Source: an archaeon
GTDB taxonomy: Archaea; Methanobacteriota_B; Thermococci; Methanofastidiosales; NM3
Direction: 5' to 3'
Assembly: GCA_004212155.1 (NCBI GenBank)
Contig: RXIG01000001.1
Span: 143,679-207,678, forward strand
Length of the DNA stretch: 64,000 nucleotides
Part shown: positions 16,811-28,400 of the stretch, piece after piece
Layout of the letters: every line of letters begins with the position of its first letter
Numbering within the stretch: the first letter of the stretch is position 1
The notes under the pieces: model-generated
What the model saw: the letters and a program-made list of their open reading frames with translations, nothing else
Databases searched by the model: none
What the model was told of the DNA's origin: nothing
Made by a program: the position numbers and the translations under genes

Positions 16811-17922
16811 TCGAGTTCATAGACCAGCTTGCCCAACAGTCTGGCATCCCATTCATATCGGCGTTCTTCCTTGGTCTTTCCACTGCCATCGCGCCCTGTA
16901 CCTTTGCCGCCAACGTAGCGGCCATCGGGTACATTGCCAAGGATGCGAAAAATCCCTTTAAGGCACTCTCATCCGGTGTCTTTTTCAGCATCGGACGGAT
17001 GTTGACATACCTGTTCATCGGACTGTTCATGATATCCGCTGGGCGAGTGATCGGATCGTTCGCGCGGGACACGCAGTCATACGGAAACCTCATAATAGGT
17101 CCCCTGCTGATAGCGATAGGCATATGGTTTGCAGGCTCGTTCGATCTTCCTATCTCTCTTGGCGAGGGGCATGTGCTCTCAACTGCAAAGCGGATGTACC
17201 ACAGAGGGTATATGGGTGCGCTACTCGTCGGCATCATATTCGGGTTCGCATTTTGCCCCTATTCGGGAATGCTGTTTTTTGGCCTCCTGATACCTCTTGC
17301 GCTCTCATCATCGAGCGGCCCTGTGCTTCCCGTCATCTTCGGACTGGGCGTGAATATCCCAGTACTGATTTTCGCAGGTCTCCTCTACTTTAGCGCAACT
17401 CGCGCCCGTAGCTTTGGAAGGGCGCTAGCGTCAACATGGACATACCTTAGCAAGCTCATTGGCATGATACTCGTCGTGACCGGTTGTTACTACACGGGGC
17501 CTTACCTGGGTCTGTATTGGGGCATACCACATGGCGAGATATTCCTGTTCGTCTGCTCGTTGATCGTCCTTGCGACGGCATACCTCGTCCGGGCAAGAAG
17601 GGATGCGGCCCCGTGCAAGGAACCAGTTCACGAAACTCCGGAGCGTAAGTCCGTATCGTACGCCAAGAAAAAGGCTGCGGCGGCACCACGCCACGAACAG
17701 AACCATGAACAAAATAAGCCCACTAAGAGCGAGGACATCGATGCCATGCTACAGGGGTTCTCAACGCAGCTGTCGGAAGCACGAACGCACGATTACTTCA
17801 GATTAAAGCGAGAGTATGACAGGATAGAAGGGGAGATAGAGCGTCGTGGCATGCAGGGATCGTACGCAGACACCCTTCGTGCCTGCCACGACGTGCTCCA
17901 GACTATGCTAAAAGAGTTGTGA
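16807..17922 (+). CDS. ArsG-family / CcdA-DsbD-like membrane protein with C-terminal extension
   Basis: IAPCTFAANVAAIGYI and FAFCPYSG motifs; extra TM segments and soluble tail. Confidence 0.8.
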   Translation: MIEFIDQLAQQSGIPFISAFFLGLSTAIAPCTFAANVAAIGYIAKDAKNPFKALSSGVFFSIGRMLTYLFIGLFMISAGRVIGSFARDTQSYGNLIIGPLLIAIGIWFAGSFDLPISLGEGHVLSTAKRMYHRGYMGALLVGIIFGFAFCPYSGMLFFGLLIPLALSSSSGPVLPVIFGLGVNIPVLIFAGLLYFSATRARSFGRALASTWTYLSKLIGMILVVTGCYYTGPYLGLYWGIPHGEIFLFVCSLIVLATAYLVRARRDAAPCKEPVHETPERKSVSYAKKKAAAAPRHEQNHEQNKPTKSEDIDAMLQGFSTQLSEARTHDYFRLKREYDRIEGEIERRGMQGSYADTLRACHDVLQTMLKEL

Positions 17923-17924
17923 TC

Positions 17925-18980
17925 CTATTCTAATTTGTTCTTGACCTTCTCCATCTTCTCGACAGCCTCGGCCATCTTGTCTGTGACAAGCGAGATCCTG
18001 AAGTGGTCCTCATACGGCCCAAAGGGACTTCCTGGAAGGACCGATACGCCCTCGTCGAGCACGGCCATGGCGAATTCGTCTGCGTTGCCGTTGAATCGTG
18101 GGAAGAGGTAGAATGTGCCGTCCGATGGCAGTACCTCAAACCCTGCGTCACGCAGCAGTGAGACCGCCTCGTCGCGTCGCTTCCTGTAGAAGTCGCTGAT
18201 GTAGTCGGATGTCTCCTCGATGATGTTCATGGCGGTAAGCGCCGCATACTGCGCGAACTCCGAAGGGCTCGTGGTCGTCAGTTGCTGGAACTCCTGTATC
18301 TTCTTGATGAGTTCTGGGCGTGCGACAGCATAGCCAAGGCGGTAGCCCGTCATCGAGAACGTCTTGGAGAACGACCCGATACAGATATAGTCGCAGTCGA
18401 ACTCGGTGATCGAGGATGCCTTTGTAAACGACATGTGCGTGTAGACCTCGTCGGAGAGCACGGTGAACTCGTCATCGGCAGCCTTGTCCGCGAGTTCCTT
18501 GTACTGGTCGTGCGGGAGACCTACGCCCGTCGGGTTGTTGGGATAGTTTATGACCGCCATTGTCGTCTCGCGTGGTATGGAGGAAAAATCTGGGCGGAAC
18601 CCTTCTTCGAACGTCGTATCGATCGTAGCATAAAGCTTTCCCAGCTTCTTGAGCATGAGGGTGTATGCTCCCCAGCAGGGGCGGATCAGCGTTGCGTTGC
18701 CCTCCATCTGCTCGAAAGCTGCAAAGATGGGGAACTTGCCTCCAGCGGTGATGATGACATGGTCCTCTGGCACGCCATACGCCTCAGCAACACGCTCGCG
18801 CAGCGGCGGTATGCCCTTGGAGTGGGTGTATCCCGTCCTGTTCTCGTCAATGGCGCGCTGGGTGGCCCTTTTGACAGCGGGAGGCACGGGGAGGTCTGGC
18901 TGACCGATATCAAGTCTGATGAGGGGCTTCCCTTCGGATTGTATCTTTGAGATCCTGTCTATAAGTTCGTAAACTGACAT
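17925..18980 (-). CDS. Class I/II PLP aminotransferase (aspartate aminotransferase-like)
   Basis: PNNPTG, SDEVY and SFSKTFSMTGYRLG motifs. Confidence 0.92.
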   Translation of the reverse strand: MSVYELIDRISKIQSEGKPLIRLDIGQPDLPVPPAVKRATQRAIDENRTGYTHSKGIPPLRERVAEAYGVPEDHVIITAGGKFPIFAAFEQMEGNATLIRPCWGAYTLMLKKLGKLYATIDTTFEEGFRPDFSSIPRETTMAVINYPNNPTGVGLPHDQYKELADKAADDEFTVLSDEVYTHMSFTKASSITEFDCDYICIGSFSKTFSMTGYRLGYAVARPELIKKIQEFQQLTTTSPSEFAQYAALTAMNIIEETSDYISDFYRKRRDEAVSLLRDAGFEVLPSDGTFYLFPRFNGNADEFAMAVLDEGVSVLPGSPFGPYEDHFRISLVTDKMAEAVEKMEKVKNKLE

Positions 18981-19117
18981 GGTAATCGCCTCTTTGTAGC
19001 ATGCGCATGGCTTATTTAAACCTTATCGCGAATATACTACCTATATGTCGATATTATATATATTTTTTTATTATATTGTTTTCAATTAGGTTTTGTAATA
19101 ACTATTATTCAAAATTA

Positions 19118-19762
19118 TTAAAAAAAGTGCTGTAATTCAGCAACGGATTCGACGATGATGTCGGCCTCTTTGAGATCGTCCTCGTTTCCTCCCCCTGACA
19201 AGACGCCGATGGTAAGGCACCCAAGTGTTTTGCCGGCCGTGATCTCATACGTATAATCGCCCACGACGATGGCCTTCTCGGGTGTTGTGCCAAGCCGCTT
19301 TAAGGCACGTTCGAACTGGTCGGGATGCGGTTTCAGGCGTTCTGCGTCCTCCCTGCTAAGCAGCGTATCGACGTATGGCAACAACCCAGCGTTCTCGAGC
19401 GACACGAGCGCGGCATCCTTGTTGTTCCTTGTTGCCACGGCTATCTTGTATCCCTTGTCACGGAGGTGGGAGAGCGTCTCGCGAGCGCCCGGTATGGCGA
19501 CGGTGTGCTCTGCCCGTTCGACCTCGTATTCGTAGACGCGCGCAATGACGTCGTTTACCGCGCTGTCGCCGTCTAGCTTGAGGATCGCCATTTCCTCCCT
19601 GAACAGGTCAAGGGAGTCAACGATGCTTATATCCCATGCTATCTTGTCCTCGGGAAATCCGTGGGAACACAGGATCTCCTCCAGTTCCTTTCGCAGCGCC
19701 TTGAAGTCCATCTCCAGTGTGACGAGCGTTCCGTCCAGGTCGAATATGAACGTATCATACAT
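19118..19762 (-). CDS. HAD-superfamily hydrolase (phosphoglycolate phosphatase-like)
   Basis: FDLDGTL, KPHP and VVGD motifs. Confidence 0.9.
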   Translation of the reverse strand: MYDTFIFDLDGTLVTLEMDFKALRKELEEILCSHGFPEDKIAWDISIVDSLDLFREEMAILKLDGDSAVNDVIARVYEYEVERAEHTVAIPGARETLSHLRDKGYKIAVATRNNKDAALVSLENAGLLPYVDTLLSREDAERLKPHPDQFERALKRLGTTPEKAIVVGDYTYEITAGKTLGCLTIGVLSGGGNEDDLKEADIIVESVAELQHFF

Positions 19763-21032
19763 TGTTTGATCCCCCATTGTAGGTCTCTTTGACGTTTGTC
19801 AACAAAAGCATACCTGCAAGCAGCGTCCCAGCAGCGGTGAAGAGGAACGCGAGCTCGGGACCCCGTATGTCATAGATGATGCCTCCGACGAGGGGACCGA
19901 GCATCCAACCGGTCCCTGTCGCCAGCTGATAGAGCCCAAACGTCTTGCCCCTGCTGCGCTCGTCACTGACATCGGTCAGAAGCGTAAGTATGGCAGGGTC
20001 GCTCATCGCCCATCCCAGCGCCCGTATGCCGAGCACACCTATCATCTGGAAGGGCGTCCTTATAAATGCCATGGGTATCGTCGTCACGCCCGCATAGAAC
20101 GCCCCGAACACCATCGGTTTCTTTCGCCCGATCCTGTCGACAAGATTTCCTGCCAGGGGTCGCCCTATGGCGCCAACGATGCCTGCAAAGGTGAAGGCGA
20201 AGCCCACCTGGGTCGCCGTCGCCCCGATCGATTCCTCTGCGAAGACGGGGAGGAGTGGCTCTATGAGCGCGAAGGCGAAGTTGAAGATGAATCCGCCCAG
20301 CAAGACGCTGAATATGGTGCGCGCATACGGATTCATGCGTATCTCCTCGTAATCGTCCTTGATCCATCCGAATGTGCGCTGTCTGAGTGACAGTGATTCA
20401 GTGTTCAACCCGTTTGCCTCGCGAACGACCGTCTCACGTATGGTCATGTGTATGAGAAGCGCTATCAATGCCGTGATGACGCTCGTGATGATGAACGGGA
20501 CCTGCACGCCGTAGAGGTCCTTGAGGAATCCGCCAAAGGCGGGACCGAAGATGATGCCAACGCTGGCCGACATGCCCAGATACCCCATGGCACGCCCCCT
20601 GCGTTCCTTTGGCACGCTGTCCGCGATGAGCGCCGATGCGGCAGGCCATACCGATGCGGAGGCGAATCCCTGGGCCGCGCGCAGCAGGTAGAGCCAGTAG
20701 ATGTTTGTTGCGAAGGCGAAGCCACCCATGAATATGCTGTAGCCGATAAAGCCGTAGATGAGCATGGGCTTTCGTCCAACCCGGTCAGAGAGGGCGCCAA
20801 AGGGCCTCACCGTAAGCGTTCTCGTCAAAGCAAACATCGTCGCAACAAGCCCTATCTCCGTCTTTGATGCTCCAAAGTCAGCGGCGATGGTGGGAAGTAT
20901 GGGAAAGATCATGCCAAACCCGATGACGCTCATGAAAATGGCCAGGCAAATAAGCAAGATGTTCCTGTTCTCAGGAAAAAATGACGCTATTTTCTCTCTG
21001 ATCCTGCCCCTCATCGGTGTTACGTTTTTCAT
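19755..21032 (-). CDS. MFS transporter, DHA1/TetA-like
   Basis: GALSDRVGRKP and NLVDRIGRKK motifs; about 12 TM segments. Confidence 0.92.
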   Translation of the reverse strand: MKNVTPMRGRIREKIASFFPENRNILLICLAIFMSVIGFGMIFPILPTIAADFGASKTEIGLVATMFALTRTLTVRPFGALSDRVGRKPMLIYGFIGYSIFMGGFAFATNIYWLYLLRAAQGFASASVWPAASALIADSVPKERRGRAMGYLGMSASVGIIFGPAFGGFLKDLYGVQVPFIITSVITALIALLIHMTIRETVVREANGLNTESLSLRQRTFGWIKDDYEEIRMNPYARTIFSVLLGGFIFNFAFALIEPLLPVFAEESIGATATQVGFAFTFAGIVGAIGRPLAGNLVDRIGRKKPMVFGAFYAGVTTIPMAFIRTPFQMIGVLGIRALGWAMSDPAILTLLTDVSDERSRGKTFGLYQLATGTGWMLGPLVGGIIYDIRGPELAFLFTAAGTLLAGMLLLTNVKETYNGGSNNV

Positions 21033-21139
21033 GTCTCATAAAAACTTTTCTTTTTGTCTTTTAGACCCCATTAGAGCACAAAGCTTTTTTTGTTCCAAAG
21101 ATTCGCAACCTTTAAAATGTCAGCTCACCAAGCGCATGC

Positions 21140-22072
21140 ATGGTCGAAGCGGTCTATCCCCTCATAGCGTTGGCCGTCACGTTCGTAGTGGCACCATTCC
21201 TGATACGCTCGTTCCTCTCACGTAACATCATCGGCAGGGACAGGCACAAGCCTGATCGTCCCCGTGTCGCCGAGATGGGGGGCATCGCACCGTTCATTGG
21301 GATCATGTGCGCCACGGCGCTCTTTTTGTTTTTCGAGGGTGATGCGGCAATCGCCGCTTTTGCGGGCTCGCTTGCGATCGTCTTTGCCGTAGGGGTGCTC
21401 GACGACCTGCGTGCACTGCGCCAGAGGACAAAGCTTGCGCTCCTCCTCACGGCCGGGGTACCCATCATCGCCCTGGGCAAAGGGTCGCTCGACCTCGTTT
21501 TAGTGACGCTTGATTTCGGTGTGGTTTACGCGCTCCTCGTCGTTGTGGGCATGAGCGCAGCTGCGAATCTCACCAACATCCTGGAGGGATTCAATGGTGA
21601 GGCGTGCGGCATGGGCGTCATCGCGACCGCGTTTCTCGTGATCGACGCACATGTCGTCGGCGCGCCGGGTCTCGCGCGCATGCTCGCTCCGGTCTGTCTT
21701 GCGTATCTTGCCCTGCTCTACTACAATCGATATCCTGCGCGCGTCTTTCCGGGTGATACGGGGACGCTGCTCATAGGGGGTGCCATCGGCGCGGCGACCA
21801 TCCTTGAAGGTGTGCCCCTGCTTGGCGTCATCGTGCTTGCCCCCCATATCGTTGAGTTCTTCCTCAAGGCCACGGTGCGATTCGGCGGAGTGAAGTACGG
21901 GCCAACGAGTGTTGATGACGACGGCATCCTCCATCCGCCACCCTATCGGTCCCTTGCAAACACGTTGACGCGCCGTATGCGCCTCACAGAGCCGCACCTC
22001 GTTGCTGTGCTTTGGATCATCGAGATGGCCGCAGGTTGCGCAAGCATTGTCGTGGCGTATTTTCTCTACTGA
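21140..22072 (+). CDS. MraY/WecA/AglH family UDP-GlcNAc:polyprenyl-phosphate GlcNAc-1-P transferase
   Basis: DRHK...EMGG, GVLDD, NILEGFNG and YPARVFPGDTG motifs. Confidence 0.88.
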   Translation: MVEAVYPLIALAVTFVVAPFLIRSFLSRNIIGRDRHKPDRPRVAEMGGIAPFIGIMCATALFLFFEGDAAIAAFAGSLAIVFAVGVLDDLRALRQRTKLALLLTAGVPIIALGKGSLDLVLVTLDFGVVYALLVVVGMSAAANLTNILEGFNGEACGMGVIATAFLVIDAHVVGAPGLARMLAPVCLAYLALLYYNRYPARVFPGDTGTLLIGGAIGAATILEGVPLLGVIVLAPHIVEFFLKATVRFGGVKYGPTSVDDDGILHPPPYRSLANTLTRRMRLTEPHLVAVLWIIEMAAGCASIVVAYFLY

Positions 22073-22138
22073 CCCCTTATTCCGCAGAACGCAACAACCT
22101 TTTTTAACATATGATGTGCATCTAAGCATGGTGAAAAT

Positions 22139-23878
<1,740 letters not shown>

Positions 23879-23939
23879 GTGTAAAAAAAGGTCAAAAAAT
23901 AATGAAAAATAGAAGGGGAGCATGTCCCCTCTTTTCGAT

Positions 23940-24254
23940 CTAACCGAAGAGTGAACCGAGTCCTTCGAGTGCTTCCTCTTCCGAGGCTTCCTCTTCTTCC
24001 TCTTCTTCCTCTTCTTCCTTCGTCTCGCCTGCTGACTCTGCAGCCGGAGCGGCTGCGGCAGCCGGAGCCGCTGATGGTATGGCGGCTGACTTGATAGCCT
24101 CATCGATGTCGACGTTCTCAAGAGCAGCGATAAGCGCCTTAACTCTCGCCTCGTCCACTTCTACACCAGCTGCATCGAGGATCTGCTTGACGTTCTCCTC
24201 GTTGACTTCCTTGTTAGCAGCATGCAAGATCATTGCAGCATATACGTATTCCAT
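23940..24254 (-). CDS. rpl12: Ribosomal stalk protein P1/L12
   Basis: [11 protein letters not shown]...acidic tail...GLGSLFG. Confidence 0.97.
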   Translation of the reverse strand: MEYVYAAMILHAANKEVNEENVKQILDAAGVEVDEARVKALIAALENVDIDEAIKSAAIPSAAPAAAAAPAAESAGETKEEEEEEEEEEASEEEALEGLGSLFG

Positions 24255-24280
24255 TTCTACACCTCCAAGTTAACATAACC

Positions 24281-25285
24281 TTATCCAAAGAGTGAGTCCA
24301 GTCCTCCAAGAGTCTCCTCTTCCGATGCTTCCTCTTCTTCCTCTTCCTCTTCGGCCGCTTCCTCCTCCGCGGCAGGGGCTTGCTCTGCAGCGGGGGCGGC
24401 AGCCGTCGCTCCGAGGCGTGCTATGAGCTCCTCGTCGAGTGCATCCTCGGCGACGTGCCGTGCGAGGCTGAGCATCTCTGCCTGACTCTTGGCTATGAGT
24501 AGCGGTAGGCTCTCTTCGTTGACTATACCTGCGTTAAACGATAGGTTGCGCATGTTGTTGAACGCGATGGTGACCAACATGCTCGTCGTGTCGTCAGTGG
24601 TGATGGCCGCGTTGATGGCCAGATTGAGTGCAGACCTGTATGCATCCTCGAACTGGTCGCGGACCGCCGATTCGTCGATCGCGAGGTCGTGTGCCTCGAA
24701 GACGAACCCGTTCTCGTACGCAGCGAACAGGTTGAGCCCCACCTCGAGCGGCTCGATCTCAAGCTTGTTGAGGATCTCTGCCACTTCGGGTTTGATGACC
24801 TCTCCTTCCTTCACTACGACATGGTCCTTTTTCACCACGATCTTTCCAGACTCTATGGCGGCAGGTATGCCGATCCTTTGCATCTCGCCCACGAGCGGTC
24901 CGGGAGGAAATCCCGTATCGCCCTTGGGGATCATCACGTCATTGGGTGCGACCTCTCCTCCCTTGGCGGGAGCGCTCGTCTTGCCTTTCTCGAACTTCTT
25001 GTACAAGACAAACGGATTGAGGGTGCTTAGCGCAAGTGATGCGCCGCCTTGCACATACGATGCAAGGGAACGCAAGGCCTCGTCATCGGACTCTTGCAGC
25101 GCAAATCTGAGCAACGTGTTCCTCGCTATGCGGATCTGCACGTTGCCATAGAACTCCCGTCGCATGGACTGAAGCTGTTTGGCTGCGATGCCCGATATGT
25201 CGACGATGCCTATGACCGGATAGGATTGCAAGAGCGCCGAGAGCTTCTCGACCTCTTCTTTTTTCCAGGCAGCCACATGTGCCAT
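24281..25285 (-). CDS. rpl10: Ribosomal protein uL10 (P0)
   Basis: MAHVAAWKKEEV, GDTGFPPGP and acidic tail GLDSLFG. Confidence 0.97.
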   Translation of the reverse strand: MAHVAAWKKEEVEKLSALLQSYPVIGIVDISGIAAKQLQSMRREFYGNVQIRIARNTLLRFALQESDDEALRSLASYVQGGASLALSTLNPFVLYKKFEKGKTSAPAKGGEVAPNDVMIPKGDTGFPPGPLVGEMQRIGIPAAIESGKIVVKKDHVVVKEGEVIKPEVAEILNKLEIEPLEVGLNLFAAYENGFVFEAHDLAIDESAVRDQFEDAYRSALNLAINAAITTDDTTSMLVTIAFNNMRNLSFNAGIVNEESLPLLIAKSQAEMLSLARHVAEDALDEELIARLGATAAAPAAEQAPAAEEEAAEEEEEEEEASEEETLGGLDSLFG

Positions 25286-25923
25286 TATCGACGCACCTCC
25301 ACCTTCACTGGTGTTCCCATCGTCGTTTTCATGTAAAGGGACCTTACGTGTGCAAGTCCTCGTTCGTACTTACGTTCGACAACGTTGAGGATTGCCATGG
25401 CGTTCTCTGCGAGCTCGTCGTCTGGCATCTTCTCCGTGCCGATGAGGACCTGGATCACAGGTGCCTTCTTCATTTCTATCTTTACTGTCTTTTCGAGGTT
25501 CTTTACCATTGCTTCTAGAGGGGCGTTTGGTGGGAGCGGCTTAGGCATCTTACCCCGTGGGGCAAGGATGGGGCCAAGCAGTTTACCCACTTGAGGCATA
25601 AGGTCTGCCTGAGCCAAGAAAAAGTCATGATCCTTGGCGAATCGCTTCGCTTCACGCTTGTCGCCTGCAAACTCCTCCAAGTCTTCGATGACGTCAAGAC
25701 CCAATTCTTTGGCATTGTAGGCTAGTTCTCGCTCTGCAATTACCGCGACCCGTATCGGTTTACCCCTTCCGTAGGGAAGGTTGACCTCTTGACGGATCTT
25801 GTTCTCAGGTTTCTTGATGTCGACTTCTTTGAGGTTTGCTATGATTTCGATCGACTGCGTGAAGTTTCGCGGCTTGGAGTTCTCCTTTGCCTCCTTCACT
25901 CCTCGTGCCAATGCTTCATTCAC
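25285..25923 (-). CDS. rpl1: Ribosomal protein uL1
   Basis: RNFTQS, LGPILAPRGKMP and KTTMG motifs; GTG start. Confidence 0.97.
   Translation of the reverse strand: MNEALARGVKEAKENSKPRNFTQSIEIIANLKEVDIKKPENKIRQEVNLPYGRGKPIRVAVIAERELAYNAKELGLDVIEDLEEFAGDKREAKRFAKDHDFFLAQADLMPQVGKLLGPILAPRGKMPKPLPPNAPLEAMVKNLEKTVKIEMKKAPVIQVLIGTEKMPDDELAENAMAILNVVERKYERGLAHVRSLYMKTTMGTPVKVEVRR
25859..25899 (-). promoter_or_regulatory. uL1-binding autoregulatory mRNA element inside the 5' part of rpl1
   Basis: Sense strand GUGAAG-GA-GGC...GCC-GCGAAA-CUUCAC, the helix/internal-loop/helix pattern of the Methanococcales L1 mRNA target. Confidence 0.8.
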
Positions 25924-25960
25924 GGATTCACCTCCGTATGAGAAGCTGATACGACCGTGT

Positions 25961-26431
25961 TCAGAAGTACTCGTCGTAGGCTCCTTCGTCGATTTCTTTC
26001 TGTACGTCCTTTATTTTCTTGTTGTCGACTGTGATATTCATGGGTACGCCTGCGCCAAGGACCTCCTTGGTCGCATGCTTCATGTCATATGAGAGGACAT
26101 TGTCCATCTTCATCTTGGCGATCTTGACGGCCTGTTCGAACGTCAGATTCCCGCCTGTCTCGCTGCCGGGTTTCTGAGGGCCTCTCTCGATGCCAATCTC
26201 CTTCTTGATGAGTGCCGTTGTGGGTGGTGTGCCCACGGTGATCTCAAAGTTTCTCTTATCGTCGACGGTGACGGTGACGGGGACCTTCATCCCTGCGAAA
26301 TCCTTCGTCTTCTCATTAATGGCCTGAACGACCTTGGGCACAGGAGCACCAAGCGGCCCAAGCGCAGGGCCCAGTGGCGGTCCAGCTGTCGCCTTTCCTC
26401 CGTCAACCAGTGTCTTTATCGATTGTGCCAT
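25961..26431 (-). CDS. rpl11: Ribosomal protein uL11
   Basis: GGKATAGPPLGPALGP and FAGMKVPV motifs. Confidence 0.97.
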   Translation of the reverse strand: MAQSIKTLVDGGKATAGPPLGPALGPLGAPVPKVVQAINEKTKDFAGMKVPVTVTVDDKRNFEITVGTPPTTALIKKEIGIERGPQKPGSETGGNLTFEQAVKIAKMKMDNVLSYDMKHATKEVLGAGVPMNITVDNKKIKDVQKEIDEGAYDEYF

Positions 26432-26442
26432 TTGTCTCACCT

Positions 26443-26907
26443 TTATTCTTCATGACTCACTTTCTCAATGATTCGCACATAACTACCATTCACCGTGACA
26501 GGAATCGGTATGGTGACCTCGAGCAGTTCGACGGTAAGTTCTTCCTTGTTCTCGTCGATGCGTACGACCTTGGCCCGCTCTCCCTTGAAAGGACCGGCGA
26601 CAAGTTCGACGATATCACCAGGTTTGATGCCCTCGACGGCAGGCTTTTCCTCGAAGAAGTTTTCCACCTCTTCGAACGGCACATGGCCGGGCAGTATGCC
26701 GCGAACATGCCGTATGCCTTCGATTGCTTCCTGTACAGCTCCTTCGTCGATGGCTTCAATGAAAATATAGCCTTTTAAAGTTTCCGGTGCCAATATTGCA
26801 GATACTGCAATGTCTTTGTTACGTACCTTCTCTTCGAGCAACGTTGCAACGTTTCTCTCTTGATTCATCGTTGTTTTAAGAATAAAGAGCGGATAATCTT
26901 TTGTCAT
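26443..26907 (-). CDS. spt5: Transcription elongation factor Spt5
   Basis: NQERNVA, LKGYIFIEA and KOW GDIVELVAGPFKGE. Confidence 0.96.
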   Translation of the reverse strand: MTKDYPLFILKTTMNQERNVATLLEEKVRNKDIAVSAILAPETLKGYIFIEAIDEGAVQEAIEGIRHVRGILPGHVPFEEVENFFEEKPAVEGIKPGDIVELVAGPFKGERAKVVRIDENKEELTVELLEVTIPIPVTVNGSYVRIIEKVSHEE

Positions 26908-26919
26908 GCTATTCACTCG

Positions 26920-27111
26920 TTAGAAAGTTGTTCCCTGTATCAAGGAAGATACGATCTTTACAAAGAATCCGATCACTGCCACCAACGCGATGCCGATGGC
27001 ACATACCTTGGCGGTCTGGGAAAACTCCTTCCTGTCGGGTTTCTTGGTAAGTCTGAGTACCTTCTTGTAACCCCGTAATGTGTCTGTGAATCTCTTTTTG
27101 TCCATGTTCAT
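26920..27111 (-). CDS. secE: Protein translocase SecE/Sec61-gamma
   Basis: YKKVLRLTKKPDRKEF followed by a TM helix; conserved position. Confidence 0.93.
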   Translation of the reverse strand: MNMDKKRFTDTLRGYKKVLRLTKKPDRKEFSQTAKVCAIGIALVAVIGFFVKIVSSLIQGTTF

Positions 27112-27152
27112 GCGGACTCACCTCTCTGTGTTAGGTCCCCGTTGGAGGAGGA

Positions 27153-28292
27153 TTATATAAAGTCTATGCCCAGATTGACCTTTCCGCGCCCCCCCTCTTC
27201 GCCTACGAGCATCTCGGTCTCGCGAGGTCCGAGGATGTATGGTGAGTTCACGCCCGACAGAACGAGAAGCACACGAACCGTCCCCTTAAGCGATTCGTCT
27301 ATCTGGGCACCCCAGATGACCTGCGCTTCGGGGTCAAGCTCGTTTGAGACGGCCTCGACGATGCGTTCAGCCTCCTCGAGCTTAAGGTCGTTTGACCCTG
27401 TGATGTTGATGAGCGCTCCGCGGGCGCCAGTGATCTCGACATCGATAAGCGGTGAGTTAAGCGCCTCTTCGACCGATTCCATCGCCCTGTTCTCCGTATC
27501 GGATTCGCCCATGCCGATCATGGCGACGCCGCCGTCGCACATGACGGACCTGACGTCCGCGAAGTCGAGATTGATGAGTCCCGGTTGGGTGATAAGGTCT
27601 GTAATGCCGCGCACCGACTGGATGAGTATGTCGTCAGACACCTTGAACGCTGCTCCGATTGGCAGCCCGGGTGCGAGTTCAAGGAGCTTGTCGTTTGGTA
27701 TGACGATGACCGTGTCAGCCGATTTCCTGAGATTCTCAAGGCCCTGTTCCGCATTCCTCTGGCGCCTGATACCCTCTACGGTGAAGGGAAGCGTTACGAT
27801 GCCGACGGTCAGGGCATTTGACTTCTTCGCTATCTCCGCTATGATCGGTGCCGCGCCTGTGCCGGTGCCGCCCCCGAGTCCGCACGTGACAAATACCATG
27901 TCGGACTTGTCGATCGCCTCACGGATCATACGTTCGTCTTCCCTGGCAGCCTGTTCACCAATCGATGGGTCGTTGCCAGCGCCTAGTCCTTTCGTGATCT
28001 CCCTGCCTATGAGGATCTTCTTGTTCGCCTTGCACTTTTTCAGGTCTTGGGCGTCTGTGTTGATAGCGATGTCCTCGCTACCTTCAACCCCGACCTCGAT
28101 GAGTCGTGTAATGGCGTTGCAGCCTGCTCCGCCTACACCTACTACCTTGATGTGGGCTTGGCATTGTCGTATGATTTCTTCGAGTTCTTCGTCCTCGGCT
28201 GACGGGGCGTTTTCATATGTGAGCGCGCCCTCTTCCTCGGAAGCGCGCGCAACGGCATCTTCTATCAGTGACTTCAAGCTTTTTCCCTCCAA
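27153..28292 (-). CDS. ftsZ: Cell division protein FtsZ (FtsZ1 genomic context)
   Basis: GVGGAG, NTDAQ, GLGGGTGTG and INLDFADV motifs; TTG start uncertain. Confidence 0.96.
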   Translation of the reverse strand: MEGKSLKSLIEDAVARASEEEGALTYENAPSAEDEELEEIIRQCQAHIKVVGVGGAGCNAITRLIEVGVEGSEDIAINTDAQDLKKCKANKKILIGREITKGLGAGNDPSIGEQAAREDERMIREAIDKSDMVFVTCGLGGGTGTGAAPIIAEIAKKSNALTVGIVTLPFTVEGIRRQRNAEQGLENLRKSADTVIVIPNDKLLELAPGLPIGAAFKVSDDILIQSVRGITDLITQPGLINLDFADVRSVMCDGGVAMIGMGESDTENRAMESVEEALNSPLIDVEITGARGALINITGSNDLKLEEAERIVEAVSNELDPEAQVIWGAQIDESLKGTVRVLLVLSGVNSPYILGPRETEMLVGEEGGRGKVNLGIDFI

Positions 28293-28400
28293 TAAACGTC
28301 CGATGATTTTTAAAATATTTAATTATAGAATTTAATTTATAATATTTAAAGGTTTTTATATACCCAAACCTCAAAAACACACTTTTTTTATAATTCTTGT

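Noticed and set aside
23960-24420. Similar low-complexity tracts in rpl12 and rpl10
   Set aside because: Expected Ala/Glu-rich hinge and tail of ribosomal stalk proteins
27142-28335. 397-aa plus-strand ORF
   Set aside because: Antisense shadow of ftsZ; Ser/Pro-rich with no motifs, explained by codon bias on the coding strand
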